A stretch of DNA of 64,000 nucleotides from Bispira polyomma (taxonomy: Eukaryota), in assembly GCA_965649765.1 (NCBI GenBank), contig OZ287749.1, forward strand, positions 7,936,001 through 8,000,000. Direction: 5' to 3'. This document shows positions 21,889 to 34,733 of this stretch, in pieces (the first letter of the stretch is position 1; every line of letters begins with the position of its first letter). The position numbers and the translations under genes are program-made. The notes below the pieces were generated by a model, which was not told the origin of the DNA, searched no databases, and saw only the letters and a list, made by a program, of their open reading frames with translations.

Positions 21889-22002
21889 AAAAATTGATTT
21901 TGTCGGCCATTTTGAATCCGCCATTTTGTTTTTAGCCGCAATATGGATGAGATAATTTCGGATGAGATACAAACCGATTGTGGACTAACACCTATTACTA
22001 CT
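21889..22002 (-). repeat. Polinton right terminal inverted repeat
   Basis: Matches 375-488, ends ...CCTATTACTACT, and is followed by TSD CATGAT. Confidence 0.97.
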
Positions 22003-22008
22003 CATGAT

Positions 22009-22808
22009 CTGCTTTAGCGCTGGTGATTGGGAACTTGGAAATGGTACAGTTAACAAGAGAAAAATGCTCAGTACAGTGGCATCTATCTTCGACCCCCTCG
22101 GACTATTGAAAAAGAACTAGACACCCGCAGTTTCATGCAGCATGTGGTGCCACATCTTCCCGGGTACATACAAAACAAGTGGCGGGTCAAAGCAGTAGAA
22201 TATCGGGAAGAGAGAAGGAGCTACCCAGGGATCAAGGGACTCATGAAATTTGTATCTCCCAGGCAGAACTCGCCAACAAGCCTGTGTGGGGCGAGAAAAG
22301 GTTGGGGACCAAACCAGCATCCCAACACAAGAATAGCCACACAGTGAAGAGGACAGTTGACATCAATCAGGCCTCGCGGCCCACAAGCCAGGAAAAGAAG
22401 AAGTGGCCGTGCCCAATCTGCCAAAGTGAACACAAGGTATGGGACTGCATGGAATTCAAAGTGAAGACACTCAAAGAGAGACTGACCTTTACAGAGCAGA
22501 GGAAGCTCTGCCACAACTGCCTATATGACAACCACACGACAGCAGAGTGTATGCGCAGTTCCCGCTGTGGCGTCCCGGGTTGTAGTGGAAAGCATACAAA
22601 GTTTCTTTATGTTGACAATGAGTCACCACAGGAATCTTCTCCAATTCTGAACGCTTCACAGCAGGGAGTGACATTTGCTGCTGACAGTGTAAGGAGGCTT
22701 GGCAATGGAGCAGCGAGCGCTGAAATCAACGATTGTGCAGACTACACGCCAGTGCTGGCCGTGGAGTTTGAAGGAGGGACAAGTACGTATGCGTTACTGG
22801 ACACTGGC
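22009..22808 (+). mobile_element. BEL/Pao remnant: continuation of pol (22009-22108) joined to a gag/protease fragment (22109-22808)
   Basis: KRKMLSTVASIFDPLGLL, then LPGYIQNKWR, three Cys/His knuckles (CPIC..H...C, CHNC...H...C, CGVPGC..H) and ALLDTG. Confidence 0.88.
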
Positions 22809-24523
22809 AAAGTCTGTACTGTATAATAAACATTTATGATCATGTAATATACAATTTCCTATCATGGTGTTTAAGTACAATATACATTGTGCATTATCCT
22901 TTAAGATCCCTTTATAAGATAAGAACCTATCTGCACTGCAGGCTATTTGTTTAATAGCTTATATTGGACCATGTAATAAATTAACACTATTTGTTTGGCT
23001 CAATTACATAAATGAATTTCACCTAAAAAAAATATAAACATTAAGTACGCTTTGGTGTGATACAGTACAACAGCTTTTAAAGATGTATAATGCTCTTTAT
23101 AGCTGTCCATGCTGGTTGCAGTGCCAATAACTGTAGGCCAGAATTACGGAATACAATAGTTGGTCATGGTAATTTAACAGTTGCACTAATAAATTCTGAA
23201 GTAAATATTAAAATGTGACTATAAATGCAGTTCATGCTCACTGTAAGACCTGGTGTATTTGCAACATACATAATAAATTCATCATATGTAAATTTGTTTT
23301 AGAGAGACATTATGACCCCAACCATGATTGTTTTTACTGTTTAAGTGGACAGTGTTTTTGCCAAAGAAGAAGTGGCCGTGAAGGCTATGAAGTGGTGCCA
23401 TGTCCATGATATGGATACATACAGAAACATAATATATAATATATTGTAAGTAGTATTGTAAATATATCTGGTCAGAAACCAAGCTTCTTCATTGATTCTT
23501 AGTGTAACGTAGAATCACTAAATTTAAAGTTAACGATCTTAAGTTGGTCACAGATTTGCATGAATGTAAATGATTTAAGGTATAATTGGCACGTTTAAAT
23601 TAATTGAAAACTGATGAGCTTTTGAATTGTTTATTTGGTATGTTGTTGATATAAACTAGTTAATTATGAAGTCACTTTTTTCCAACTCTATTTACTGTTT
23701 TTAATATTTACTGATATGCAAGCCTGAACAAAAGTGAACTATGTTGAGGTCAATAGTGTGTGAACAAATTTTCTTTGCTCAAATAATATGATATGTTATA
23801 ATGAATGCACTTACATGTATCAACTGTTACTCCAATAAAGTTGAATGTTTTGTTGCAATTTGTCAAGTTATTGTTGTGATGTGTTGCATAAAACCGAGCT
23901 ATAATAAGAAGAACGTTAATGCTGAACACTCAGTAAGAACTGGTGTTGATGAGAAAGGAGAAATCACTTACTGTATGATGTACCTGAATAGTAACCCGTG
24001 CTAGGTGAAACACTGGTGACGACATATATTTTCAGTATTGGACTACCTATGTTAAACAGGTGATCAGCTGTGATGTGATATTATAAATTATAAATATAAT
24101 TGGTCTTTTTTATATTCGGCAAAAATATTTTATCCGGAGTTGACTGGTCATTTATAGTGTCCTCATAATTTTGTAATTATCAATAGTATAATAATAATAT
24201 GCTTTATTTAGGACCCAAATAATATTAAAATACATTTCCATATAGTAAGAGAAATAATAATATACATCTTAATATATAAAATTATAATACACTGTAAATG
24301 TATGTGGCCCCACTCACTTCTCAAACTTGTATATGGAGACAAGACCTGCTAGCATGCATCTCCATCCTGCTCAGAAGTGGGTGACGTGATGCAGCACAGC
24401 TAAGAGCATCTGTCATAGAAGATGAATTTCAATAAACCATGACCATGCTGGAGACAGAAGCACTTGGAGATGTGATGTCAATAACTGTCAATAGACTGGT
24501 GTTCTTATAGTTCTAGAACAGTA

Positions 24524-25142
24524 CAGTAGAACTTCTAAAACCTAGACATATGCGTAAAATAATACAGTAGAACCTCTATTACCTGGACATGTTAGTAAAA
24601 TAATAATTAGAACTTCTATTATCCGAACATGTTTATAAAATAATACAGTAGAACCTCTATTATCCGCATATGTTCCATAAAATAGTACAATGTAACCATT
24701 ATTCTAACATGACACGGCTGTGTCAGCAATTCTGATTGGCCGACAGCCTCGGTAAAAATAACCATACACCCATAGACGGAAATCAACTAATTTCCTCCGT
24801 AACTTACTGTATGCCCAGTGAATATATTTTCTATTATTCCTATATTATCTCAACATGTTAGTATAATTTCTGTTATCAGATCATGTTAATAAAATTGTAC
24901 AGTATAACTTCTGTTGTACAAACATGTTCATAAAATAGTAAAGTATAACTTCTGTTATACAAACATGTTCATAAAAGAGTATAGTATAACTTCTATTATT
25001 CGAACATGTTATTGAAATAGAAGAGACATTTTAGTAAATACAAAAATACAAACAAATACAAAAATTCGGAGAGAGGATAAATAATGAGTTCTTACAATTA
25101 AGTAATCCGATAACAGAAGTCCAGATAATAGAGGTTCTACTG
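24524..25142. mobile_element. Tc1/mariner-type MITE with a tandemly amplified left end
   Basis: About nine ~41-bp units starting CAGTA(G/T)AAC(C/T)TCT(A/G)TTATCC, and a single right TIR GATAATAGAGGTTCTACTG-TA. Confidence 0.7.
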
Positions 25143-26542
25143 TAATAATAGATGAGAGTCTGACCACGTTGAAGTTGTGACAGGATCAACCAATTTCGAC
25201 TTTGAAGGACTAAAGAAGGCCTCTTGAAGCAAGTTCCAGATTCGGGCTGCTAGCAGAGGTTGCCACTTAGTTAATACATGTATGCTATAATTTATGTCCT
25301 TTTGTAAAGTAGAAAAGAATATAAAAACAGATTAAAATATTTCTACTTCCATTTAATATTACATCATTGAAACAAAATTGAAATGTCAGTGAGTATTATT
25401 ATCGAGGAAAGGAATTTTTAGAAAGTAAACACAGCAACCCAAAAGCTCTACAGAACGAAAGGCTTCACAATTATTACTTTACAGTGCTATGTTTTACCTT
25501 AATTTAAAGAAATCTCACAAACCCTTCGCAAAATCAGATGATGTTTTCTCGTATAGATGATGCCAGGATGCTATATTTAGACAATTAATAGTTGTTAGCA
25601 TCTGCGATTTCCCCAGCTGAATGCAAATTTTTTCTCTCTGTGAGCGAAGAAACCCTGCATTTAGTCAGACGTTGCACATTGGATGTCAGAAATTGCAGTA
25701 GCACACATAGGAACACAAGATAACTGATAAAGAGAGAAAACATTGCAATAGCAACTCGTGAGTCGTTTGCCGCGAATCGCGTACATGAAAATGTATGCTT
25801 AGTCATATGACAATAGAATAATGAGATCACATGTTATGGCGCATTCACACTGCACCGAATGCTGACATACAGTTTTGTTGGTCATTATAAGTTGATGTAG
25901 GCATTCTTCACACTGTACCAAATTGGGATATTGATTCAGAAATTCAGTTGGATCAAAAGTTGCACGAATCTCTTTTGCTATTTTGCACATGAATGTCAAT
26001 CCACCAAAATTTTCCTGTAAATATGATGACAACTTGACAGAGGTTCGCATGATTCAGAAAATATTTTGACTTTGTGTGTATCATAATCATCTAGATCAGT
26101 TTTTTAATTAATGTTTATCCATAGAGTCAAACTAGTGGCTGATTTTATCTCAGAAATGACAGGGTATAGAAGTTTAAGTTTTGTGTATTTGTGTAACTGC
26201 TACCTTAACTTAATTAGTAGTGACGAATAAGCTCATTACAGCTGAGTATTGATCCGCTGTTATTTTTTAATTTACATGTGTACTGCGTCACTTTGATAAA
26301 TAACTAAATAAAACCGATTGCAAGTTTATAAAATTTGGAATGTGAGAATAAGGCATTAGTTTTGAAATGCATGTTAAAGAGAGTGTGGTCCTGTTTGTCT
26401 GATGATTGTACATATTCCTTGAACAGACAGCTCCGCGATCATTTCTAAAGACACTTTGCTGAAATGTTCACAAACATTTAGACCACGTGGTGATTACCAT
26501 ATCTAGTTCAATACTAGATTTAAGGTTTATGATGTTGTGTAC

Positions 26543-26834
26543 TGTTTCAATAGTCAATAGTTATACATAAGCCCCTATGTATAACTGTATTAAAATATGT
26601 GGTTCTGAGTTATCACTACTTTTATTTATCATTTGGTAAATATACATATATGTAGCACACAGTTACAGTTCAACTCCCGGGTGAAGACTGTCTTCTTATA
26701 TCTTATTTTGTCTGTACACACACAGTTTGCAAGGTCTTTCCCATCTCACACATCTGGTATTATTTTAGATGTAGAAAGCAATGTTAGCCTTTCTTTAACG
26801 TTAACTTAATATATATGTAATACATCCTATAACA
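26543..26834 (-). repeat. 3' LTR of Gypsy element
   Basis: About 96% identical to 31166-31457. Polypurine tract on the minus strand at 26835-26857. Confidence 0.97.
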
Positions 26835-27099
26835 CATCTCCGCCTTTTTTCTTTTTTACAGAAAAAAAGATTCTAATAACTAAATAAATGGCAACAAAAG
26901 TCCTTCGAATAACAAACAGTAAGATTTAAAATGTTAACAGATAAACTAGAAACTAAGACTATAACTGACTAAATGTCAGTACATTCATATAAATCTATGT
27001 AGAATGAGAGTAGACTAACTCATTCTACAGACTAAAGTACCACTAGGATTATTCTACCCTGGTATTTGTCAACTAAACTATGGAATATGTACATATGGA

Positions 27100-30000
27100 T
27101 GTCTCTGACTCCTGATTTAGACATTTCTTCTCACAGGGGGATTCTCTGAAATATCAGAAATATTGATTCCTGTAGAGGTAGTCCCAATTTTTGCCTGGAC
27201 TTTGGTTTCTTCTATATCATCTGCTGGTGGAGTGACTTTCTCCCTTGGCTTCAAATAATTTGATTCTTACGATAGTGATGCCCATCCCTTTCTACTACAT
27301 ATGATCGGTCTGATAACACCTCCTTGCAGTGTCCTGACTGCCACGGTAGACCTTTGGTGAAAGGTAGTGGTTTCATAAATATGGGTTGGCCCTCTGTCAA
27401 CGGTGAAAGGGGTTTGGCATGTTTATCTTGTGTCAGTTTGGTCAGTTGATGTTTTCTCTTTATTTTGTCAGGAACACCAAGACAAATTTCTGGCTGTAAC
27501 AGCTTTTCTGTCGTCAGAATTAGTGTTCGAGTCCTTCTTGACATTAATCTTTGCACCAGACTCAAGTCCATGTTGGCGGTTGGAGTGTTTATCCAGTCCA
27601 ACAAAGCCTGATACACATCTGTTTGACTCGTATTGGCTTTCTTTACGAGTTTCTTAGCAACTTTGACTGCTGCCTCCACTTTGCCATTTCCAGAACTATG
27701 ATATGGGGATGATGTAGAATGGCTGAACTTCCACTCTGTGGCAAGTTGCGTAAACTCACCACTAACTAAGTTGGGAGCATTGTCCGTTATAACTTGGTTG
27801 GGGATGCCATACCTTGTAAAATGTGCTTTGAGAAGCCCTCGCTATTTCTTTACTTGTGGCACAGTATAGTCTGTCCACTTAAAAAAGTCACTGTAGTAGT
27901 CCACGGTTAAGAGATATTGTTTATTGTGTAAACAAAACTGGTCAATGGCATGTACACTCCAGGGTCTCTGTGGAATAGCTGGTGTTTGGAGAGGTTCTTT
28001 CTGTTGATCTCCACTGAACACAGCACAGGTGTGACATTTTTGGGCTAAGTTCTCGATCTCCCTATTTATCCCCGGCCAGAAGACTAAATCCCGGGCCTTT
28101 CTAACACAAGCCTCTACCCCAAGGTGGCTGCTATGAATATTATTGAGGACTGTCTTTCTCATTGTAAGGGGGACAATTACTTTTTGTCCTTTGTACAGAA
28201 CCCCTTTTGGAAGGCCTACTTCATCTCTAAAATTGAAGTATTCTTGAATTGCTGCAGGTACTTTGGATGCGTCTTCAGGCCATCCTGCCAAAACTCTACT
28301 CTTGAGTAACTGTAAACTCTTATTATCTTCAGTTTCTTGCTGGATTTCATTCAGCTTTGCAGGTGTTACTTTCAAGTAGTCTGTAAAGTTCATGCCTTCC
28401 ACTTCCCCGTAAAACACATCATATGAATCTGTCTGTGCTCTACTGTTCATTGGCAACTTGATTCTGGACAGAAAATCCGCAATATACGTTTTTGAACCCT
28501 GCTTGTGCTCCACCTGAAGCTGGTATCGCTGTAAGCGCAATAGCATCCTGTGTAATCGTTTTGGAGCACATAGCAGCGATTTCTTGAATATAGTCTCCAA
28601 AGGTTTGTGGTCACTTTCGACATGGATGTTGTCTTTGCATCTAATATATTGGTGAAATTTGTCGCATCCAAAGCAGATGGCAAGGCACTCTTCTTTGATG
28701 CCAGCATAACTCTGCTCTGTTTTGGTCAATGCCCTTGCAGCAAAACATACTGGTTGCCCCTCTTGGAGAAGTACTGCTCCAATTCCTTTGTCAGATGCAT
28801 CATATTGTATGGTGATTGAAGGCTTCACATCATAGTAACCAATACTGGGCTATTTATGACTAACTTTTTGCAGAGCTGAAAAGCCTCTTCTTGGCTGCTC
28901 TCCAACACCAAGCACTGTCTTTCATTGTCAGTATTCGAAGTGGCTCACATACTTCCGATAATCTTGGTAGAAATTTGGATAGGTAGTTCACAAAACCCAC
29001 AAATCTTTAAACCTCTTTGACTGATGTTGGTCTTGGCATATTGTCAACTACTGAGACCTTTTCCGGGTCGGGTTTCACCCCTTTGTTAGTCAGCAGATGT
29101 CCAATATATTTTATTTCTGTGCGACGAAACTTGGCTTTGCTCTTTTTCAGCTTTAAGTTTACCTCTCTGCAACGTTGTAATAGTTTTTGAGGTTTTTATC
29201 ATGATCTTGGTAAGCCTCAATCATTGTATCACCAAATCCACACACCAATATATCATCTGCCACCACTTCTATGCCTTCAAGCCCATCTAAAGCCTCTGAC
29301 GTTTATGATATTCCTCTGGTGCTGGCTTTATTCCGAAAGGCATTCGTAGCCATCGATATCGGCCAAATGGGGTCCAAAACGTAAGATAACTACTTTCGTT
29401 ATCTAGGTCAATTTGGTTGAATCCATCCTTTGCATCTAATACAGAAAACACGTCAAATTTGCCAGGATTTGCTCAATAATTGGTAATATGTGATGGTTTC
29501 TCCTTAATGCTTTGTTGAGGTCTTTCGGATCAATACATATCCTCAGCTTTCCAGGCTTTTTGACAGCTACCATTGACGATATTCATGGAGTGGGACTTTC
29601 TACTTTCTTCAGAATTCCTTGTTCTGTCATGCTGTCAATTTTCTTTTTAAGTTCATCCTTGGCAGCTATCGGAAACTTGCGTGGAGCATGTTGGACTGAG
29701 GTAATGCTGCTGTCAACCTCTAAATGAAGTTTCCCAGGCAGGCAACCTAGACCCTTGAACACATTGTGATATTGTTTTAACAAAGCTTCTAATGGACCAT
29801 TGCCAGAAACAAAGTTGGAACAGTTACTTTCCAGTTCTTGATTTCCTGGATCTCTAGAATTTGTCACTGTCTTGGGGTGAATTACCAGAATATTGAGCTT
29901 AATGATCCCCAATTTTCACAGGTATTGGCACTGAGAAGAGGATATCTTGTGACCTGTGTAGTGACAATTTGAAATCTTAGTTTTAACACTGCAGTCCCAC

Positions 30001-31080
30001 ACTTTGCATACATGCTGAAAACACCCAGCGGTGTCCTAAACGATCCATCATGAAGGTGCAACCGTGCTTCACTCCTACATAATGTTGCATTTGGAAACAA
30101 CTTGTTCAGATTGGTAACCGACATGATGTTGCAGGTAGTACCAGTATCGACCAAACACTTCATAGCTTTGTGATTGCGGAATTCTTTGTCTTTATCGAAC
30201 ATCAATTCCACCTATGGTTGAGAGCCGCGTGATTTGATGTTTGTAACACTGTGTATAATGGAAAAGCATGAATCCTCCCCCGACGATATCTCATCTACAA
30301 AGTTGGTATTTCTGGAATATCGTGCTTTTGGGGTTTTCTTTTTCTTGTTTTTACATAGCACACTACCTGCCCAGTGGTTATATCTTTTGCAATCATTGCA
30401 CTCACTCCCAAATGCTGGGCAAAAATCCTTATCCAAGTTATGTTTGCGTGAGCAAAATTTGCAATCTATAGTTTATTCAACATTTTGTTACGTCCACGTC
30501 CTTGGGCAGAATAGTTTACAGTATTCTCCTGAGGGTTGCAATCCATCTCTTTCAACTGAAATGATGCTGCTTCACTTGCTCGTAGCTGTGATATGGATTC
30601 ACTTAGGGTTACTGCCTTTTCACGAAACATTCATGCCCTCGCAGCCTTGTCTCTCGCACTGAGAACGACACGATCTCTCAGAAGACTGTCAGTTGCAGTG
30701 CCAAAGTTGCATGATCTGCAAGATGTCGGAGTCTAGTCACCCACTGGTCGATGGTTTCCTCATGTCCCTGATCACAAGAGTAAAACACAAATCTTTCAAA
30801 CATTTCATTTCGGGATGGTTTGAAATAGGCACCAAGAGCATCTAATGCCTTCTTTGGATCAGTACGATCTGCATCCGAAATATCCAGATTTTGGAATATC
30901 CTAGGACAATCTCAGCCCATCACAGATCGAAAGGAGGCCATTCTCACTGTAGCACCTTTACTCTTTAAATCAGTTGCTACTTCATAGTCCTCCCACTGAT
31001 CTCTAAAAATGACTAATTGCAGGGTCAAATCACCTTTGACTTCCATCTTGTCTGGAACAGGGAAATTTGCAGCAGCCATG
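27100..31080 (-). pseudogene. Gypsy gag-pol, fragmented
   Basis: ORF pieces 30912-31109, 30212-30436, 29882-30211, 29583-29912, 27842-28828 and 27251-27679. 3' end approximate. Confidence 0.9.
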
Positions 31081-31149
31081 ATTGAACTTTTTAACCAGTA
31101 TAACTTCAATGTTCACTGTTATCTAATATGAGCCTCACTCTATAATAGG

Positions 31150-31165
31150 ACCACATCTGACACCA
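31150..31165 (-). other. Primer binding site (tRNA-Leu type)
   Basis: TGGTGTCAGATGTGGT immediately after the 5' LTR. Confidence 0.8.
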
Positions 31166-31457
31166 TGTTTCAATAGTCAATAGTTATATATAAGTCCCTA
31201 TGTATAACTGTATTAAAATATGTGGTTTTGAGATATCACTACTTTTATTTATCATTTGGTAAATATACATATATGTAGCACACAGTTACAGTTCAACTCC
31301 CGGGTGAAGACTGTCTTCTTGTATCTTATTTTGTCCGTACACACACAGTTTGCAAGGTCTTTCCCATCTCACACATCTGGTATTAATATAGATGTAGAAA
31401 GCAATGTTAGCCTTTCTTTACCATTAACTTAATATATATGTAATCCATCCTGTAACA
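31166..31457 (-). repeat. 5' LTR of Gypsy element
   Basis: TG...CA, 292 bp, followed by TSD TGTAC. Confidence 0.97.
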
Positions 31458-32589
31458 TGTACATGGGACACGAGCCCAACACCATGTACTCTTTCAACAA
31501 CACAATTAGGACATTGTAGGAATATCTCGCTCATTAGAAAACATAGCAAGCTTCTAAATGGACTTAGGTTACGAACAATAATAGACTCACCATATCTTAT
31601 GGACATCTCAAAGTCAAAGTTCTAGCCAAATAGTTTGTTAAACTATTGTTGGCTAGGTAGAAATGTTTTTTGTATGTTGGGCATTTCTTTTCATTTATTG
31701 AACTACATTTTCAGTTCAGCTTAATTCGTCAGTTTACATAGCATATGCACTTTCTGGGTGGGTGTTAACTTTTTAAAAATTCAGTCGTGTATTTATATAT
31801 GAACAAGTTGACTAAATAGATATTTTGTGCTTTTCACATGTCATATTTGTTGCAAAAATAAAAATAATTGGCACATGTTTTCACTGTCTGTTTATCAACA
31901 AATACCCACACTTTGCCATATGCCTCTGTAGAAGAATTCCCAATGCATTTCATCAAAATAGCGGGACGTACAGATACATACACCATGATTATAGTGAGGT
32001 GAAAAAATAGACAAAAACATAAAAAAGTTTGGATTATAAAAGAGTGGCACAGCAAAATGACCCTTCATTTATAATTAAGCTGTCATGGGGTAACATTATT
32101 TAGAAATCACTTTCATGGTAAATATAATATACTGGTGTGCCTATTGAATCGTTGTTTTTAAAAAGTTTTTGCATGATTAATTAGTGATAACTCCTGTGAA
32201 TTCATTAGCCTATTTAGTGCTCAGTTTAACATTGCTGTTTCAGATAATGTCTTTATAATGTCCTTATTATCAGATAGGTTACAAAGAATTTTCGGAAAAC
32301 ACAGCTTGCAAAGTATGCAACCATATGGACTTTTCCCATGCTTTTAAGAGCTATATAGCCGATGTTTTAATTCAATAGAACATACTACAGTGAATAGCTG
32401 GACAAAAATATGAGGCAGTTGTGTTCAAGGTTTATATCTATCACAGGTAGAGTGGATTTTATTTTTAGTAAAATGGTTTTTATATTCCATTTTATTTTTA
32501 TATTTTTATGATCTGACAATGTGGCCTAGGGGAGGTAACACACTTCCCTAAAATGAAGAGGACCTGGCTTTGATCCCAGCATCGGATTC

Positions 32590-32810
32590 GCCGCAGTGGC
32601 TTACTGGTAAGAAGTGCCTGCTTCACAATTACTGACGTCTCACCAATGTGGGTTTGAACTGTGTCCATTCTTTCAAGTGGGAAAGTTGGTCGGGTACTTG
32701 CCGTAGGTCAGTGGTTTACAGTGCTTCAGCACGGGTTCCTTCCACCATTATGATATGACCATCGTGATATGACCCAAACTGTTGAAAGTAACGTAAATCC
32801 CAACTAAATA
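32590..32810 (+). mobile_element. Old tRNA-derived SINE (Meta-like core)
   Basis: Degenerate A and B boxes, TGGGAAAG..ACTTGCCGTAGGTC.GTGGTTT core and GTTGAAAG..ACGTAAA tail. Related relics at ~34200, 40200, 41500, 43900 and 48180. Confidence 0.65.
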
Positions 32811-33654
32811 TTTTCAAATTCAATCTCAGTTTGGGACTCTTTACATTTGGATGTTGACCTAAAAATCATTCTCATCCTGTCCCAAGTGGCAAGCTAAAAA
32901 CAATTAGTGACATGACAATTACTGGTGTTAGTTGGCCCTGTAAAGGTATCTAAATGCACAGAATGTAAATGTGAATACACATACACTGTTAAATGTGACA
33001 CTGTTCCAATGACCTGCCATATTTTTGGACAGACAAGATTTATTTTAATGAATGGATTTCTTTTTGGTTGGCTCAATTAATAACCTTTTTTTACTGCAAA
33101 TTACAACCACTGAGAATCAGTAACTGTTGTTTCCGCAACTTCTTTGGACTTTGAATTTATTTGGGTATTCGTTTACTTTTAACATCTTTGGTCATATTGT
33201 GAGGGCCCAGATATTACTCATATTACGCATATTCTTTCCATTCATCGTCATATTTTGTTGAACTTCATGTAACTACTTTCAAAGCTGTTATCTTTCAACA
33301 GCCCTCCTACCTTGCTGCTCGCCTTTTCCTGACCATAATAGGGGAAAGAAACTTTCTATCTCTTCTGTAAAACCTACCAAGAGAACAGGATCTAGAGCTT
33401 TATCTATTGGTGCCCCTGCGGTGTAGAACCCTGTTGAGATTAGATCTGAAAAGCTTAAAACCTATCTCTTCAAAATTAGTTTCCTCCTTGTACACCCCCA
33501 CATCCTCCTTTCCCTAAAAATCTACAATATAATATTAAAGCAAATGCTAGGCCACTAAGCCGGCACAGTTCTTCCCACGACACTGGAGAAAGGAACTTGT
33601 GAAATAATTCTTATCAATGTTATTATCAATGTCTTTGGAGCCAACAGCAAAGGT

Positions 33655-33904
33655 TGATTTGGGTTTAACATCAACATGCTTGTGTTATATCACAACAGGC
33701 AGTTTACTGATAGAATAAATCAGAATAGGGTAGTTGGTCAAGGTTTTCTGCTTTGCAAACCTGCACTGAAACCAGCGGCCCACAGTAAGGAACTACCACC
33801 TTTCCCACATAGGCATCGATGGGATTCAAACTCACGCCACCCAGAGGTGAGATACCAGTGATTGTGAAGTGCAATGCTTGCTAACCACTAGGCCACTGCG
33901 GCCC
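33655..33904 (-). mobile_element. tRNA-derived SINE
   Basis: 5' ~140 bp nearly identical to the head of the SINE at 40708; the 3' tail differs. Confidence 0.8.
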
Positions 33905-34733
33905 TCCAAAATTGTAGCACTGCTATTTTAAGTGGTCGTTGTAATGACTCAAAATATAACTTACATGTTATACATGTATTTATATGCTTCGGTAATAATT
34001 TAAATGCAAATAATTTTAAATGCAAATCATTTCTAGTAATTGATTTATACTGTATGTATCATGTATATTATAATAATAAACAGCAGTATTTCTAAGTTCT
34101 GTTGATTAAGTAAAAATAATACAAGTACACTATCTATTCAGGACATGTGTATGCAATGTGAATGGAGCATACGTTGTTGTTATCACATTGAGCTGTTACA
34201 TTTGGCTGAGTGGTTTCAATGATATACAGGAATGTTACTTGCAGTTTCCCAAGGTTTACAGTGCAGAATCTTGACCAACTAGTATGCACTTCTTTCCCCC
34301 GTCAGTAAAACTGCCAGTCGTGATATGACCTGTACCATGTGTAGAAAGCGATGTTTACCCTCCAGCAATTAAATAATATATTCAGATATATATGTTATAA
34401 AATATGTATTTAGTACTATGATATGAACTGATTCAACTTTGTATGTAGGAGTAATGACCTAGCTTCCAAGAACTATAGGAAGCAAATCATGTTTTTGAAA
34501 AACATTTTTTTTACCATAATTGTAGTATAAAACATGTATTGTTGTATCTCTGAGACAAGCGTCTTACAAAAATGGTAAAATCCTTCATATTTACCTGCTT
34601 GTTCACTTAATTTGTATCCCCATGTACACCAAAGGCAAGTGTTAAAACATATATTAAGCCAATACACAAGCCTGACAAAATGTTCAGCACAGGATTATAA
34701 TAGGGTTTTTTTACAGATATTTACAGATTCCAG

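Larger units (their letters stand above)
375..22002 (+). mobile_element. Polinton/Maverick (endogenous adintovirus-like element), full length, decayed
   Basis: Terminal inverted repeats 375-488 and 21889-22002 with A(A/G)TAGT...ACTACT ends. 6-bp TSD CATGAT at 369-374 and 22003-22008. Internal pPolB, ATPase, integrase, capsid and protease genes. Confidence 0.97.
26543..31457 (-). mobile_element. Ty3/Gypsy (Mag-like) LTR retrotransposon, full length, decayed
   Basis: Two 292-bp TG...CA LTRs, 5-bp TSD TGTAC, PBS and PPT. Gag, PR (VDTG), RT (VADDIL), RNase H (DAS..GIGAVL, SDHKPL) and integrase in Gypsy order. Confidence 0.97.

Noticed and set aside
375-22002. Active or domesticated Polinton
   Set aside because: Polymerase, integrase, both capsids and protease are all disrupted. 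Only the ATPase frame is open, and its Walker A is altered.
24293-24520. Possible short solo LTR
   Set aside because: TG...CA and AATAAA are present, but the flanks match only 4 of 6 bases.
25585-26050. ORFs of 81 and 83 aa, possibly a transposase relic
   Set aside because: No motif I can identify with confidence.
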